DNA from: Synechococcus elongatus PCC 6301
GTDB taxonomy: Bacteria; Cyanobacteriota; Cyanobacteriia; Synechococcales; Synechococcaceae
Assembly (NCBI RefSeq): GCF_000010065.1
Contig: NC_006576.1
Span: 2,340,001-2,372,000, forward strand
Length of the DNA stretch: 32,000 nucleotides
Direction of reading: 5' to 3'
Of this stretch, positions 17,578-26,389 are shown in pieces. Numbering within the stretch: position 1 is the stretch's first letter; each line of letters opens with the position of its first letter. A program made the translations under genes and the position numbers. The notes under the pieces are model-generated. The model worked only from the letters and a program-made list of their open reading frames with translations, was not told where the DNA came from and searched no databases.

Positions 17578-19632
17578 TCAAAAAAGATTCGCTTGAACTT
17601 GCGTTCTTCCTTGAATTGAGTTCAGGATCTGCTTAGCTTGTGCCATTAAGCCTTGTAGATAGGGATGGTCTAAGTCAATCGCTTGCCAATCTTGCCCAGA
17701 CTTCTGAATCTTTGCTTGCTGGCGATTGCAATCAATTCTGAGAATCGATCCTTCTGCGTTTGTTAATCGCCAAATTGTTGAGTTGGCAATAGTTTCAGTG
17801 GTGAGTTGATAGGTGCGATCGCCATATAAAAAAGTGATCGAATCTAACTCTTGGCTCAAACGAATGCCAGCAATTTCCAGTTGGAGTTCGCGACGATCGT
17901 TCCAGATGTTTTCGCGCAGGTAATAGGCGACATCCACTCGATCCTCGGGAACGGGGCGATCGCCCCACCGCCAGTAGACAGCTGTCACCTTGGACTGTCC
18001 GTCGCTCAACGTCAGCTTGAGATGCTCTTGACCGTTGCCCATCCGGCGCTGATCGAGAATGGCCAAATTTTTGGCCCAGTAGAGCGGCTCATCATTGGCA
18101 ATGCCAAAAGGCTGGAGCTGCTGTTGCTGCTCAAACAAGTTCAGGCTTGCCAGAGCGATCGGCAATTCTGCATCAATCTGGATGGCTGGACGCCGACAGT
18201 CCACCGGTAAACAGTCAGCTGCAAAGGCTTCCAGGCGCGATCGCCAAGCTGAGAGATTCTCAGCCGACAACGAAAAGCCACCAGCAGCTCGATGCCCGCC
18301 AAAGCGACCGAGTACATCGCGGCAATGTTCCAGCGCAGCAAAGACGTCAAATTCAGGGGTGCCTCGGGCGGACCCCCGCAGATGCCCGTCCTCTTCGTAG
18401 CTAGAAATGAACACGGGTACCCCGTAACGCTCCACCAAGCGGGAGGCCACAATGCCAATCACGCCATGATGCCAATTGGGCTGTGCCAAGACCAGTACCG
18501 CAGTCTGGCGATTATCAAAGCCCTCTGCCTCAACGATTGCGATCGCTTCCTCTGTAATCCGATCGCAGAGCCCGCGCCGCTCTTGGTTGGTCACCTCGCA
18601 AATCCCAGCCAATTCTTGGGCGCGATCGCGGTCTTCGGTGGTCAGCAGCTCAATCACCACCTGCGGATCGCCAATTCGACCGATCGCATTGATCCGAGGG
18701 CCGAGCTTAAAGCCAATATCCTCAGGTTTAAGGCTGCGATCGCTGGTCTTGACGCCTGCCGCCTCCATGAGGGCTTGCACACCCACCAGTTGGGACTGAG
18801 GCAAGAGCCGGAGTCCACGCTGGAGCCAGCGGCGATTCACCCCCGTGAGCGGAGCGAGATCGGCGATCGTGCCGAGGGTATAGAGCTCTAGTAGCGGGCG
18901 AATCAGTTCTGCTTGGCGATTGAACTGCTCCGCCACACAGAGTGCTAACACGTAAGCAACACCGACACCCGCTAGTCCGTGATAAGGCGACTCTTCCGGG
19001 AGAAGTTTGGGATTAAGAATGGCGTTAGCAGGCGGCAATTCTGGTGGGAGATCGTGGTGATCGGTAACAATCACCGTCAGCCCCAACTCGCGGGCTCGAG
19101 CGATCGGTTGATAGGCGGCAATGCCGTTATCGACGGTCAGCACCACTCGGACGCCAGAAGCCGCAAACTCTTCGACAATCCGCTCGTTAATGCCGTAGCC
19201 TTCCTGCATCCGGCTAGGAATGGCGTACTCTGCCTTGGCTCCCAACTGGCGAAAGGTGCGCAGTAGTAAGGCAGTACTGGTCATACCATCGGCATCGTAG
19301 TCGCCGCAGATGGCAATGCGATCGCCGCTGCGAATCGCTTTCTCAAGCAGCAGCACGCTCTCGACGAGGTCTTCAAATTCCTCGCGAGGATCCGGTAATT
19401 CTTGCTGCTCTGGCTTCAGGTAATCCCTTGCGTCAGCGATCGCACCGAGCCCTCGGTTGATCAGCACTTGCGCCAATACGGGCGGCAGATTGAGCGCAGT
19501 TGCCAGCACCGTTGCTTGAGAACTGCTAGGTGCAAGGATCCAACGCTGCTCGGGCAAAGGGGTCGCCGCTTGGGCCGGTAGACTGATCAAGACCTCGGTT
19601 CCAATTCGCTTCTCAATTGTAGGGAGACTCAA
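17578..19632 (-). CDS. recJ: Single-stranded-DNA-specific exonuclease RecJ
   Basis: 684 aa. 'ICGDYDADGMTSTALL', 'VVLTVDNGIA', 'VIVTDHHDLP', 'GRFGGHRAAGGFSL'. Called start is TTG; an in-frame GTG 13 codons downstream is an alternative. Confidence 0.95.
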   Translation of the reverse strand: MSLPTIEKRIGTEVLISLPAQAATPLPEQRWILAPSSSQATVLATALNLPPVLAQVLINRGLGAIADARDYLKPEQQELPDPREEFEDLVESVLLLEKAIRSGDRIAICGDYDADGMTSTALLLRTFRQLGAKAEYAIPSRMQEGYGINERIVEEFAASGVRVVLTVDNGIAAYQPIARARELGLTVIVTDHHDLPPELPPANAILNPKLLPEESPYHGLAGVGVAYVLALCVAEQFNRQAELIRPLLELYTLGTIADLAPLTGVNRRWLQRGLRLLPQSQLVGVQALMEAAGVKTSDRSLKPEDIGFKLGPRINAIGRIGDPQVVIELLTTEDRDRAQELAGICEVTNQERRGLCDRITEEAIAIVEAEGFDNRQTAVLVLAQPNWHHGVIGIVASRLVERYGVPVFISSYEEDGHLRGSARGTPEFDVFAALEHCRDVLGRFGGHRAAGGFSLSAENLSAWRSRLEAFAADCLPVDCRRPAIQIDAELPIALASLNLFEQQQQLQPFGIANDEPLYWAKNLAILDQRRMGNGQEHLKLTLSDGQSKVTAVYWRWGDRPVPEDRVDVAYYLRENIWNDRRELQLEIAGIRLSQELDSITFLYGDRTYQLTTETIANSTIWRLTNAEGSILRIDCNRQQAKIQKSGQDWQAIDLDHPYLQGLMAQAKQILNSIQGRTQVQANLF

Positions 19633-19637
19633 TTTCC

Positions 19638-20405
19638 ATGCCTGCCTTGCAAGCTCTGATCTTTGATGTCGATGGCACCCTAGCCGAAACAGAACGAGAT
19701 GGACACCGCATTGCCTTCAATCAAGCCTTCGCCGAAGCGGGTCTGGACTGGGATTGGACGCCGGAACTCTACGGCGAACTGCTGAAAATTACTGGCGGTA
19801 AAGAGCGAATTCGTCACTACCTCGATCGCTGGCAACCGGAAGCGCCGGAGGTTGAGGATCAAAAAGCCTGGATTGCTTCGCTGCACGCCGCCAAAAATGC
19901 TCGCTACCACGAACTTCTGCACGGTGGCCACATTGGTTTGCGGCCGGGTGTCGAACGCTTGCTGCTGGAAGCACGGGAGGCTGGTCTGACCCTTGCGATC
20001 GCCACCACCACCACACCAGAGAATGTTCTCACCCTGCTGCGCTGCACCCTGGGCGAGGAGAGCATCGGCTGGTTTGCTGCGATCGGGGCCGGCGATGTGG
20101 TGCCTGCTAAAAAACCAGCACCAGATATCTACACCCACGTGCTCAAGGAACTGCAACTGGAGCCAGAGGTTTGTCTCGCCTTTGAAGATACCGCTGCTGG
20201 TCTAAAGTCCGCTTCTGGTGCTGACCTAGCAACCTTTATCACCCAGGGTTACTACAGCCGCGACCATGACTTTACCGGCGCGATCGCGGTGCTGGATGGC
20301 CTTGGCCATGAAGAAGAACCCTGTCAGGTGATCAGCGGGCCGGACTACCTTGCCCCAGCGGTTCGCCTAGAAGCCCTAGTGGAACTCCACGCCAGCCAAG
20401 CATGA
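19638..20405 (+). CDS. HAD-superfamily phosphatase (CbbY/beta-phosphoglucomutase-like)
   Basis: 255 aa. 'LIFDVDGTLAETERDGHR', 'TTTTPENV', 'KKPAPDIYTHVLKEL', 'CLAFEDTAAGLKSA'. Confidence 0.92.
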   Translation: MPALQALIFDVDGTLAETERDGHRIAFNQAFAEAGLDWDWTPELYGELLKITGGKERIRHYLDRWQPEAPEVEDQKAWIASLHAAKNARYHELLHGGHIGLRPGVERLLLEAREAGLTLAIATTTTPENVLTLLRCTLGEESIGWFAAIGAGDVVPAKKPAPDIYTHVLKELQLEPEVCLAFEDTAAGLKSASGADLATFITQGYYSRDHDFTGAIAVLDGLGHEEEPCQVISGPDYLAPAVRLEALVELHASQA

Positions 20406-20923
20406 GCGCCGTTTACACTCTCGCGGAACTGCAAGCAGCGATCGCGGCGGAGCCCGATCGCTGGCGACCGCTGGTGCTGACCAACGGCTGCTTCGATCTG
20501 CTCCATGCCGGCCATGTGCGCTATCTGCAGGCAGCCCGGAACTTGGGGCGATCCTTGGTAATCGGCCTCAACAGTGATGCTTCGGTACGGGGCATCAAAC
20601 CCCAACCCGAGGGGCAACCGCCCCGCCCGATCGTGCCGGAACAGGAGCGGGCCGAAGTCCTAGCCGCCTTGGGTGCCGTCGATGCCGTTGTCCTATTCAA
20701 TGAGCCGACTGCGACGGAATTGATTCAGGCCTTGCAGCCCGAAATCTACGCCAAAGGGGGAGACTATAGAATTGAGTCGCTACCCGAAGCGCCTGCAGTC
20801 CAGAGCTATGGCGGTGCCATTCAACTGATTGCTGTTGAAGTCCCCAGCTCCACGTCTGCCTTGATTGCGCGAATTCGGGGCGAGTCGGCTGATTCGCTGA
20901 TCAAATCCAGTACCTCGCGCTGA
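20402..20923 (+). CDS. rfaE2: RfaE2/HldE-C-like nucleotidyltransferase (D-glycero-beta-D-manno-heptose 1-phosphate adenylyltransferase type)
   Basis: 173 aa. 'LVLTNGCFDLLHAGHVRYLQAARNLG', 'LIVGLNSDASV' type 'VIGLNSDASVRGIK', 'YAKGGDY', 'EVPSSTSALIARI'. Confidence 0.88.
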   Translation: MSAVYTLAELQAAIAAEPDRWRPLVLTNGCFDLLHAGHVRYLQAARNLGRSLVIGLNSDASVRGIKPQPEGQPPRPIVPEQERAEVLAALGAVDAVVLFNEPTATELIQALQPEIYAKGGDYRIESLPEAPAVQSYGGAIQLIAVEVPSSTSALIARIRGESADSLIKSSTSR

Positions 20924-21642
20924 TGACTTCGTCTTTGTCTTCCCCCGGGCTCGATCTTGAACAGTTGCGTCAGCGACTCCGCAGTAAAAGCGATCGCCCG
21001 CGACGGCAAGCCATCACCCAGTTATTGAGCTTGGGTGAGCCCGGCATCGAAGTTCTCAAAGACTATCTGCAAGATTGCCGCGATCGCGGCTTTGATTGGG
21101 TCGCGGGCACGATTTTTCGGGAGCTACTGGCCCTGCAGGATGAAGCGATCGCGCTTTACCTCGCGGAAGCTTTTCCCTTTGGGTTGCTCTACCTGCCCTC
21201 GGAAAAAGGCATCGACTACCAGCCAATTCAAGACGCGCTGATCGAAGGGGACTGGCAGGAGGCCGATCGCCTGACCACGGTCAAACTCTGTGAACTAGCG
21301 GGAACGGCTGCCAAAACCCGTAAATGGCTCTACTACACGGAAGTTCTGAATTTTCCGCGACTGGATCTGGAGACGATCGACAAACTCTGGCGGGTCTACT
21401 CCGAGGATAAATTTGGCTTCTCAGTCCAGCGCGAACTCTGGCTGAGCGTCGATCGCGTCTGGGAGCAACTCTGGCCTCGCATCGGCTGGAAGCAAGGCAA
21501 CATCTGGACGCGCTATCCCGGCGCCTTTACTTGGAGTGTGGAAGCACCCCGTGGGCATTTGCCGCTGACCAACCAATTACGTGGGGCGCGGGTGATGGCA
21601 GCGCTGCTAGAGCATCCGGCCTTTTCCGAGCCGCAACCCTAG
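20923..21642 (+). CDS. gun4: GUN4-domain tetrapyrrole-binding protein (Mg-chelatase accessory)
   Basis: 239 aa. N-terminal helical region, then 'GIDYQPIQDALIEGDWQEADRLTTVKLCELAG' and 'LNFPRLDLETIDKLWRVYSEDKFGFSVQRELW' and 'IGWKQGNIWTRYPGAFTWSVEAPRGHLP', the GUN4 core. Confidence 0.9.
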   Translation: MTSSLSSPGLDLEQLRQRLRSKSDRPRRQAITQLLSLGEPGIEVLKDYLQDCRDRGFDWVAGTIFRELLALQDEAIALYLAEAFPFGLLYLPSEKGIDYQPIQDALIEGDWQEADRLTTVKLCELAGTAAKTRKWLYYTEVLNFPRLDLETIDKLWRVYSEDKFGFSVQRELWLSVDRVWEQLWPRIGWKQGNIWTRYPGAFTWSVEAPRGHLPLTNQLRGARVMAALLEHPAFSEPQP

Positions 21643-21702
21643 CCGTTCTGGCAGTGGATTGTGCCAAGTTGCAATCGCTCTGTTAACGAACTGCCGAGCT
21701 TG

Positions 21703-21717
21703 TACCCCTCTGGGGTA
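21703..21717. other. Small GC-rich hairpin upstream of psbU (TACCCC-TCT-GGGGTA)
   Basis: Perfect 6-bp stem with 3-nt loop; no following T tract. Confidence 0.45.
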
Positions 21718-21824
21718 GGCTATCTCTTAGCTCGTGCGCAACCGAGCCATCGGGATGCCTGAGGCAAGCTGCGGCGGCGTTCTGAACCATTGCTCTCAAT
21801 CTCGTCCAGGAGGTCTACAAGGGA

Positions 21825-22235
21825 ATGAAACAACTTGCACAGCGACTGTTCTCCTTGGCGCTTGTGCTGGCGCTTGTGCTGGGTATTTCCGTGCAGTCTG
21901 CACAAGCACTGTCTCTTCAATCGCCCCTGCTAGCGGTCGCCGAAGCAGAGATTCGTAACGAAGCTGATGCTCAGCGGATCGAAGCTGGCGGCAAACTCGA
22001 CCTCAACAACATTGGGGTTCGGGCATTCCAACAGTTTCCGGGAATGTACCCCTACCTCGCCAGCAAAATTGTTCTGGGTGGCCCTTACGACTCCGTGGAT
22101 GATGTGCTGAAGCTCGATCTCAGCGATCGCCAACGGGAAGTCTTCGAGCAGTACAAAGAGAACTTCACCGTTACTCCTCCCCGCGACGCCCTCAACGAAG
22201 GGGATGACCGGATCAACAACGGCATCTATCGCTAA
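21825..22235 (+). CDS. psbU: Photosystem II 12 kDa extrinsic protein PsbU precursor
   Basis: 136 aa with signal peptide 'LFSLALVLALVLGISVQSAQA', then 'KLDLNNIGVRAFQQFPGMYPYLASKIVLGGPYDSVDDVLKLDLSDRQREVFEQYKENFTVTPP'. AGGAGG at 21808-21813. Confidence 0.97.
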   Translation: MKQLAQRLFSLALVLALVLGISVQSAQALSLQSPLLAVAEAEIRNEADAQRIEAGGKLDLNNIGVRAFQQFPGMYPYLASKIVLGGPYDSVDDVLKLDLSDRQREVFEQYKENFTVTPPRDALNEGDDRINNGIYR

Positions 22236-22257
22236 GGCCTCGTCCCTGGGTTTGTAA

Positions 22258-22289
22258 GCTCGCAGCGGTCGAAGTCGCTGCGGGCTTTT
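22258..22289 (+). terminator. Rho-independent terminator of psbU
   Basis: GCTCGCAGCG-GTCGAAGT-CGCTGCGGGC then TTTT; 10-pair stem (one T-G wobble), immediately 3' of psbU. Confidence 0.85.
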
Positions 22290-22322
22290 CTGTAGCTTGA
22301 TCCCTTTGCCAACGCCCTGCCT

Positions 22323-23975
22323 TTGTCTGACTCTGCTGCGCCTGCTGCCGGTTCCACCGCCTACGACGTGATCATCGTCGGTGCCGGTGCGGCTGGCCTC
22401 TACACCGGTCTCTGCCTGCCGTCCCATTATCGGGTGGCAATTCTCAGTAAGGATCTGCCGCAGCGATCGGCCAGTGACTGGGCGCAGGGGGGCTTGGCGG
22501 CAGTGACAGCTCCAGATGATTCAGCCGATTTGCACTACGCTGACACCCTTAAAGCGGGTGCAGACCTCTGTGAACCGGCAGCGGTCCGCTTGCTGGTTGA
22601 GTCGGCTCCACGTTGTGTGGCTTCGCTGCTTGAACTGGGGGTTGCCTTCGATCGCACGAACGATCATCTGGCCTTGACCCTGGAGGCCGCTCATTCCCGC
22701 CATCGGGTGTTGCACGCGGCTGACACCACGGGGCGGGCGATCGTGACGACGCTGCTTGAGCAAGTTCTGCAGCGCCCCAATCTTGAAATTTTGGCTCAGA
22801 GCCTGGCAGTTGACCTTTGGCGCGATCGCGAGGGTCACTGCTGTGGTCTCTTGCTCCTGCAAGGTCAGCAGCTACGCTGGCTAGCTGCCCGCGCCGTCAT
22901 TCTGGCTTGTGGCGGTGGGGGGCAAGTCTTCTCGCAGACGACCAATCCAGCTTTGAGCACCGGCGATGGCGTGGCTTTGGCAGGCCGAGCAGGAGCGAAG
23001 CTGCGAGATCTCGAGTTTTTCCAATTCCATCCGACTGCACTGGTTTGGCCGGGTGCACCGCGCTTTTTGATCAGTGAAGCAGTCCGGGGCGAAGGGGCTC
23101 ATGTGGTGGATGCCCAGGGCGATCGCTTCCTGTTTCGCTACGACGATCGCGGCGAACTGGCACCCCGCGAAATTGTCAGCCGTGCTATCTACCGGCATTT
23201 ACTAGAGACGGGTACGGAGCAGGTCTGGCTAGATTTGCGACCGATTCCGGCAGCGACCGTCGAGCATCGCTTCCCCAATATCTTGCAGAAGTGTCGCCGC
23301 TGGGGTTTGGATCCCCTCCAGCAACCGCTACCGATTGCGCCTGCTGCGCACTACTGGATGGGTGGCGTCTACACCAATCTCAACGGCGCAACCACTTGTC
23401 CTGGCCTCTACGCCGTTGGCGAAACAGCTTGTACGGGCGTGCATGGAGCCAACCGCCTTGCCAGTAATTCCCTGCTGGAATGTTTGGTGTTTGGTCGTCA
23501 GTTTCAAAACCTGCAACTTCCTGCTGCGATCGCCGCTTCTAGTCGCCTCGATTCAGTCCACCCATTAAGCGTGATGGGCGATCGCGATCGCTGGAAAAAG
23601 CAACGACAAGCGCTGCAGGATTTGGTCTGGAAAGCTGCAGGCATCTGTCGCGATGCCGATCGCTTGCAGGCGGCGTTAGCCCAGGTCGAAGTCTGGCAAG
23701 CCGACTTGGACGCTGAGCCCCTCAGTCAAGCAATCGCGGCGATTCCCCTGGGACAGACCCAGCAGCTAGACGGTCTAGACGCTGAAGCGCTGAGGGATTG
23801 GGGCGAACTGCGCAACCTCTTAGCGATCGCCCAGTTGATCCTCAAAAGCGCTGATTTCCGCACAGAAAGCCGGGGTGGTCACTACCGGAGCGACTACCCC
23901 AAATCCAATCCAGGTTGGCGAGTCCATACGGATGTTCAATCAGGCCGATGGGGCACGACCGCGATCGGGCCATGA
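22323..23975 (+). CDS. nadB: L-aspartate oxidase
   Basis: 550 aa, TTG start. 'VIIVGAGAAGLYTGLCLP', 'SDWAQGGLAAVTAPDDS', 'HHxHxR-equivalent' 'HYWMGGVYTNLNGATTCPGLYAVGETACTGVHGANRLASNSLLECLVFGR'. Confidence 0.95.
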   Translation: MSDSAAPAAGSTAYDVIIVGAGAAGLYTGLCLPSHYRVAILSKDLPQRSASDWAQGGLAAVTAPDDSADLHYADTLKAGADLCEPAAVRLLVESAPRCVASLLELGVAFDRTNDHLALTLEAAHSRHRVLHAADTTGRAIVTTLLEQVLQRPNLEILAQSLAVDLWRDREGHCCGLLLLQGQQLRWLAARAVILACGGGGQVFSQTTNPALSTGDGVALAGRAGAKLRDLEFFQFHPTALVWPGAPRFLISEAVRGEGAHVVDAQGDRFLFRYDDRGELAPREIVSRAIYRHLLETGTEQVWLDLRPIPAATVEHRFPNILQKCRRWGLDPLQQPLPIAPAAHYWMGGVYTNLNGATTCPGLYAVGETACTGVHGANRLASNSLLECLVFGRQFQNLQLPAAIAASSRLDSVHPLSVMGDRDRWKKQRQALQDLVWKAAGICRDADRLQAALAQVEVWQADLDAEPLSQAIAAIPLGQTQQLDGLDAEALRDWGELRNLLAIAQLILKSADFRTESRGGHYRSDYPKSNPGWRVHTDVQSGRWGTTAIGP

Positions 23976-24023
23976 GCAATCAGCCAGTCTTTCAGAATAT
24001 TGGGCCCGTAGGCCACGCGATCG

Positions 24024-24230
24024 CTAGAGCCAAACGGCTAAACCCAAAACACTGATAAAGACGCCCAGCGTGATTAAGCCAATGATCGTCATCTTGCGTT
24101 CATGGCCATCGATTTCATGCTCGAGGGTCTTTTCCATGCCCTCACGGAAGCTGTCAAAGTATTGCTGCCGCAGCGCTTCCTGTTCTTCGGGGGTCTTTCC
24201 TTCGAGGTCTCGATAATGTTTTTGGGGCAC
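24024..24230 (-). CDS. Small (68 aa) single-TM membrane protein
   Basis: GTG start. Acidic/charged N-term 'GKTPEEQEALRQQYFDSFREGMEKTLEHEIDGHERK' followed by TM 'MTIIGLITLGVFISVLGLAVWL'. Confidence 0.7.
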   Translation of the reverse strand: MPQKHYRDLEGKTPEEQEALRQQYFDSFREGMEKTLEHEIDGHERKMTIIGLITLGVFISVLGLAVWL

Positions 24231-24461
24231 AGGACATTCCTCAGTTGCAACCGAACGCGAGTAAACCGCTTAAACCAGCCCCTAGCTTGCAATTTCCATC
24301 GCTGTTTGGCAATTGTGAATTGAAATCTGCCCAAGCGCGACTGCATTCGTCGGGATCAGCGCGATCGCAACCAGCGCACTGCAGCGGACGAAAACCGTGC
24401 CCTTCGGCACTCCAGAGGGAGAAGGATCAGCGACCATAGAGGGGCTGTTGTTATCGGACCT

Positions 24462-25400
24462 GTGCCGGTGCTCTCAGAAACCCGTCAACCGTCTGCCTTA
24501 GCGACTGTCTTAGCTCAATTACAGACGGTGCTGCTGGGCAAGGAACGACAAATTCAGTTAGCTGTCGCCTGCTTGTTGGCAAGGGGGCATCTGCTGATTG
24601 AGGATTTGCCGGGTATGGGCAAAACGCTGTTGTCTCAAAGCCTAGCCAATAGTTTGGGCCTCAGCTATCGGCGGGTGCAATTCACCAGCGATTTATTGCC
24701 CGCTGACTTGCTCGGTGTCTCGATTTTTGAGCAGCAAGAACAACGCTTTCGCTTCCATCCGGGACCGATTTTTAGCCAGGTGTTGCTGGCGGATGAAATC
24801 AATCGGGCTAGTCCCAAAACCCAGAGTGCGCTCCTGGAGGCGATGGCCGAACGGCAGGTCAGCCATGAGGGGGAAACCTACCCGCTGCCGCTGCCCTTTT
24901 TTGTGATCGCTACCCAGAATCCGATTGATCAAGCGGGCACGTTTGCACTGCCTGAATCGCAACTCGATCGCTTTTTAATGCGACTGGAATTGGGCTTCCC
25001 CAATCGTCAAGCGGAGCTAGCGATGTTGCGCGGCAGTGATGGCGATCGCCCTAGTGCCGCTTTGTCATCCATCCTCAATGCTGAGGCTTTGCAGGAGTTG
25101 CAACTAGAAGTTGCGAAAGTCCGCGCCAGCGATCCGTTGCTGGAGTACCTATTAGCCTTGGTGCAAGAAAGTCGGCAGCGATCACAGATTCCCAATCCGC
25201 TTTCGCCACGGGCGAGTAAAGCGATTCTGGCGGCGGCCAAGGCTTGGGCCTTTCTATCGGGACGCGATTATGTGTTGCCCGAGGACATCCAGGTGATTTT
25301 CCCGGCTGTGGCCGAACATCGACTGCGGGGCAGTGTCACGGGGCAGGGCGATCGCCGCTATGCGGAATCCTTGCTGGAAAGCGTGGATCCTGTGCGATGA
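24462..25400 (+). CDS. MoxR-family AAA+ ATPase
   Basis: 312 aa, GTG start. 'LLIEDLPGMGKTLLSQSLA', 'LLADEINRASPKTQSALLEAMAERQVS', 'FFVIATQNPIDQAGTFALPESQLDRFLM'. Confidence 0.95.
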   Translation: MPVLSETRQPSALATVLAQLQTVLLGKERQIQLAVACLLARGHLLIEDLPGMGKTLLSQSLANSLGLSYRRVQFTSDLLPADLLGVSIFEQQEQRFRFHPGPIFSQVLLADEINRASPKTQSALLEAMAERQVSHEGETYPLPLPFFVIATQNPIDQAGTFALPESQLDRFLMRLELGFPNRQAELAMLRGSDGDRPSAALSSILNAEALQELQLEVAKVRASDPLLEYLLALVQESRQRSQIPNPLSPRASKAILAAAKAWAFLSGRDYVLPEDIQVIFPAVAEHRLRGSVTGQGDRRYAESLLESVDPVR

Positions 25401-26389
25401 ACTTGCGGCGATACCTGATGCATTGGGGGCGATCGCGTTTTGAAGCGTGGTTGGCGCGACAGTTGCCGCCGCGATCGCCAATTCGCTTGAATCGCGAGCG
25501 AATCTTTATCTTTCCCAGTCAGTTTGGGGCAGTTTTTCTAGCATTGGATATCGCCTTTTATCTAATTGGCACCAACTACCAAAACAATTTGGTTTTGTTG
25601 CTGAGCTTTTTGCTGCTGAGTTTATTTTTGGGCTGCATTTTCCAGAGCTTTCGTAATCTCGATGGCCTCGAACTGGAAGCCTTGCCCGCCCCGGATGGAC
25701 AAGTTGGTGAGCCTCTACGTCTGTCGGTACGTCTCAAGACTGAAACGCCGCGCTATGCCCTACGGCTGCATCTACCCAAGAGCGATCGCCCGCGCATTGC
25801 CGAACTACGATCGCCCAGTGAGACTGTCAGTCTGACGGTGATTCCCCTGCAGCGTGGCTGGTATCGTCCGGGACGGCTGCAAGTGCGCAGCGACTATCCC
25901 TTGGGGCTATTTCGGACTTGGACGGTCTTGGATCTGGGCTGGCAAGCACTGATTATTCCGCAGCCGGAACGCTGGCCGCTCCAAACTGCCGCGATCGCTG
26001 CCACGGCTGCCACCGCTGATCAGCCGATCTCTAGCTCGCAACCTCACCCAGCCACCAGTGAAGACTTTGTTGGTCTGCAACCCTATCAGCCTGGAGAATC
26101 GCTGCGGCGGGTGGCTTGGAAACAACTGGCGCAGGGACGAGGTCTACATAGCAAAGCCTTTGCGGGTGAAAGTGCGCAGCAAAGCTGGCTGAGCCTGCAA
26201 CAGACGCCAGGACAGGATCTGGAGCAACGGTTACGGCGTTTGACTTGGGCTGTGCAGGAACTCAGTCGCCGGGGCGAAGCTTTTGGGCTTTCACTCGGGG
26301 CTCAACGTTGGGAAGCCGAGACTGGCAGCCAGCATCAGCGCACCTGTCTGCAAGCGATCGCCCTCTACGGGTTGGAGCGCTCCGTATGA
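25397..26389 (+). CDS. DUF58-domain membrane-associated protein
   Basis: ATG 25397 (track ORF begins 25244). Two TM region then 'TWTVLDLG', 'DFVGLQPYQPGESLRRVAWKQLAQGRGLHSKAF'. Confidence 0.9.
   Translation: MNLRRYLMHWGRSRFEAWLARQLPPRSPIRLNRERIFIFPSQFGAVFLALDIAFYLIGTNYQNNLVLLLSFLLLSLFLGCIFQSFRNLDGLELEALPAPDGQVGEPLRLSVRLKTETPRYALRLHLPKSDRPRIAELRSPSETVSLTVIPLQRGWYRPGRLQVRSDYPLGLFRTWTVLDLGWQALIIPQPERWPLQTAAIAATAATADQPISSSQPHPATSEDFVGLQPYQPGESLRRVAWKQLAQGRGLHSKAFAGESAQQSWLSLQQTPGQDLEQRLRRLTWAVQELSRRGEAFGLSLGAQRWEAETGSQHQRTCLQAIALYGLERSV

Noticed and set aside
18292-18891. 199-aa ORF antisense to recJ
   Set aside because: Nested inside a strong RecJ call, no recognisable domain, no sign of its own start context.
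21930-22427. 165-aa ORF antisense to psbU and the nadB start
   Set aside because: Overlaps two confidently called genes and crosses the psbU terminator; product lacks motifs.
24310-24322. CAATT-GTG-AATTG inverted repeat upstream of the small TM gene
   Set aside because: Only 5-bp arms of A/T-rich sequence, likely by chance; not enough to call an operator.
24397-24410. GTGCC-CTTC-GGCAC hairpin upstream of MoxR gene
   Set aside because: Short 5-bp stem with no T tract or conserved context; not a supportable terminator or riboswitch.
25244-25396. 51-aa N-terminal extension of DUF58 track ORF
   Set aside because: Overlaps MoxR coding sequence; the ATGA-coupled start at 25397 is far more plausible.
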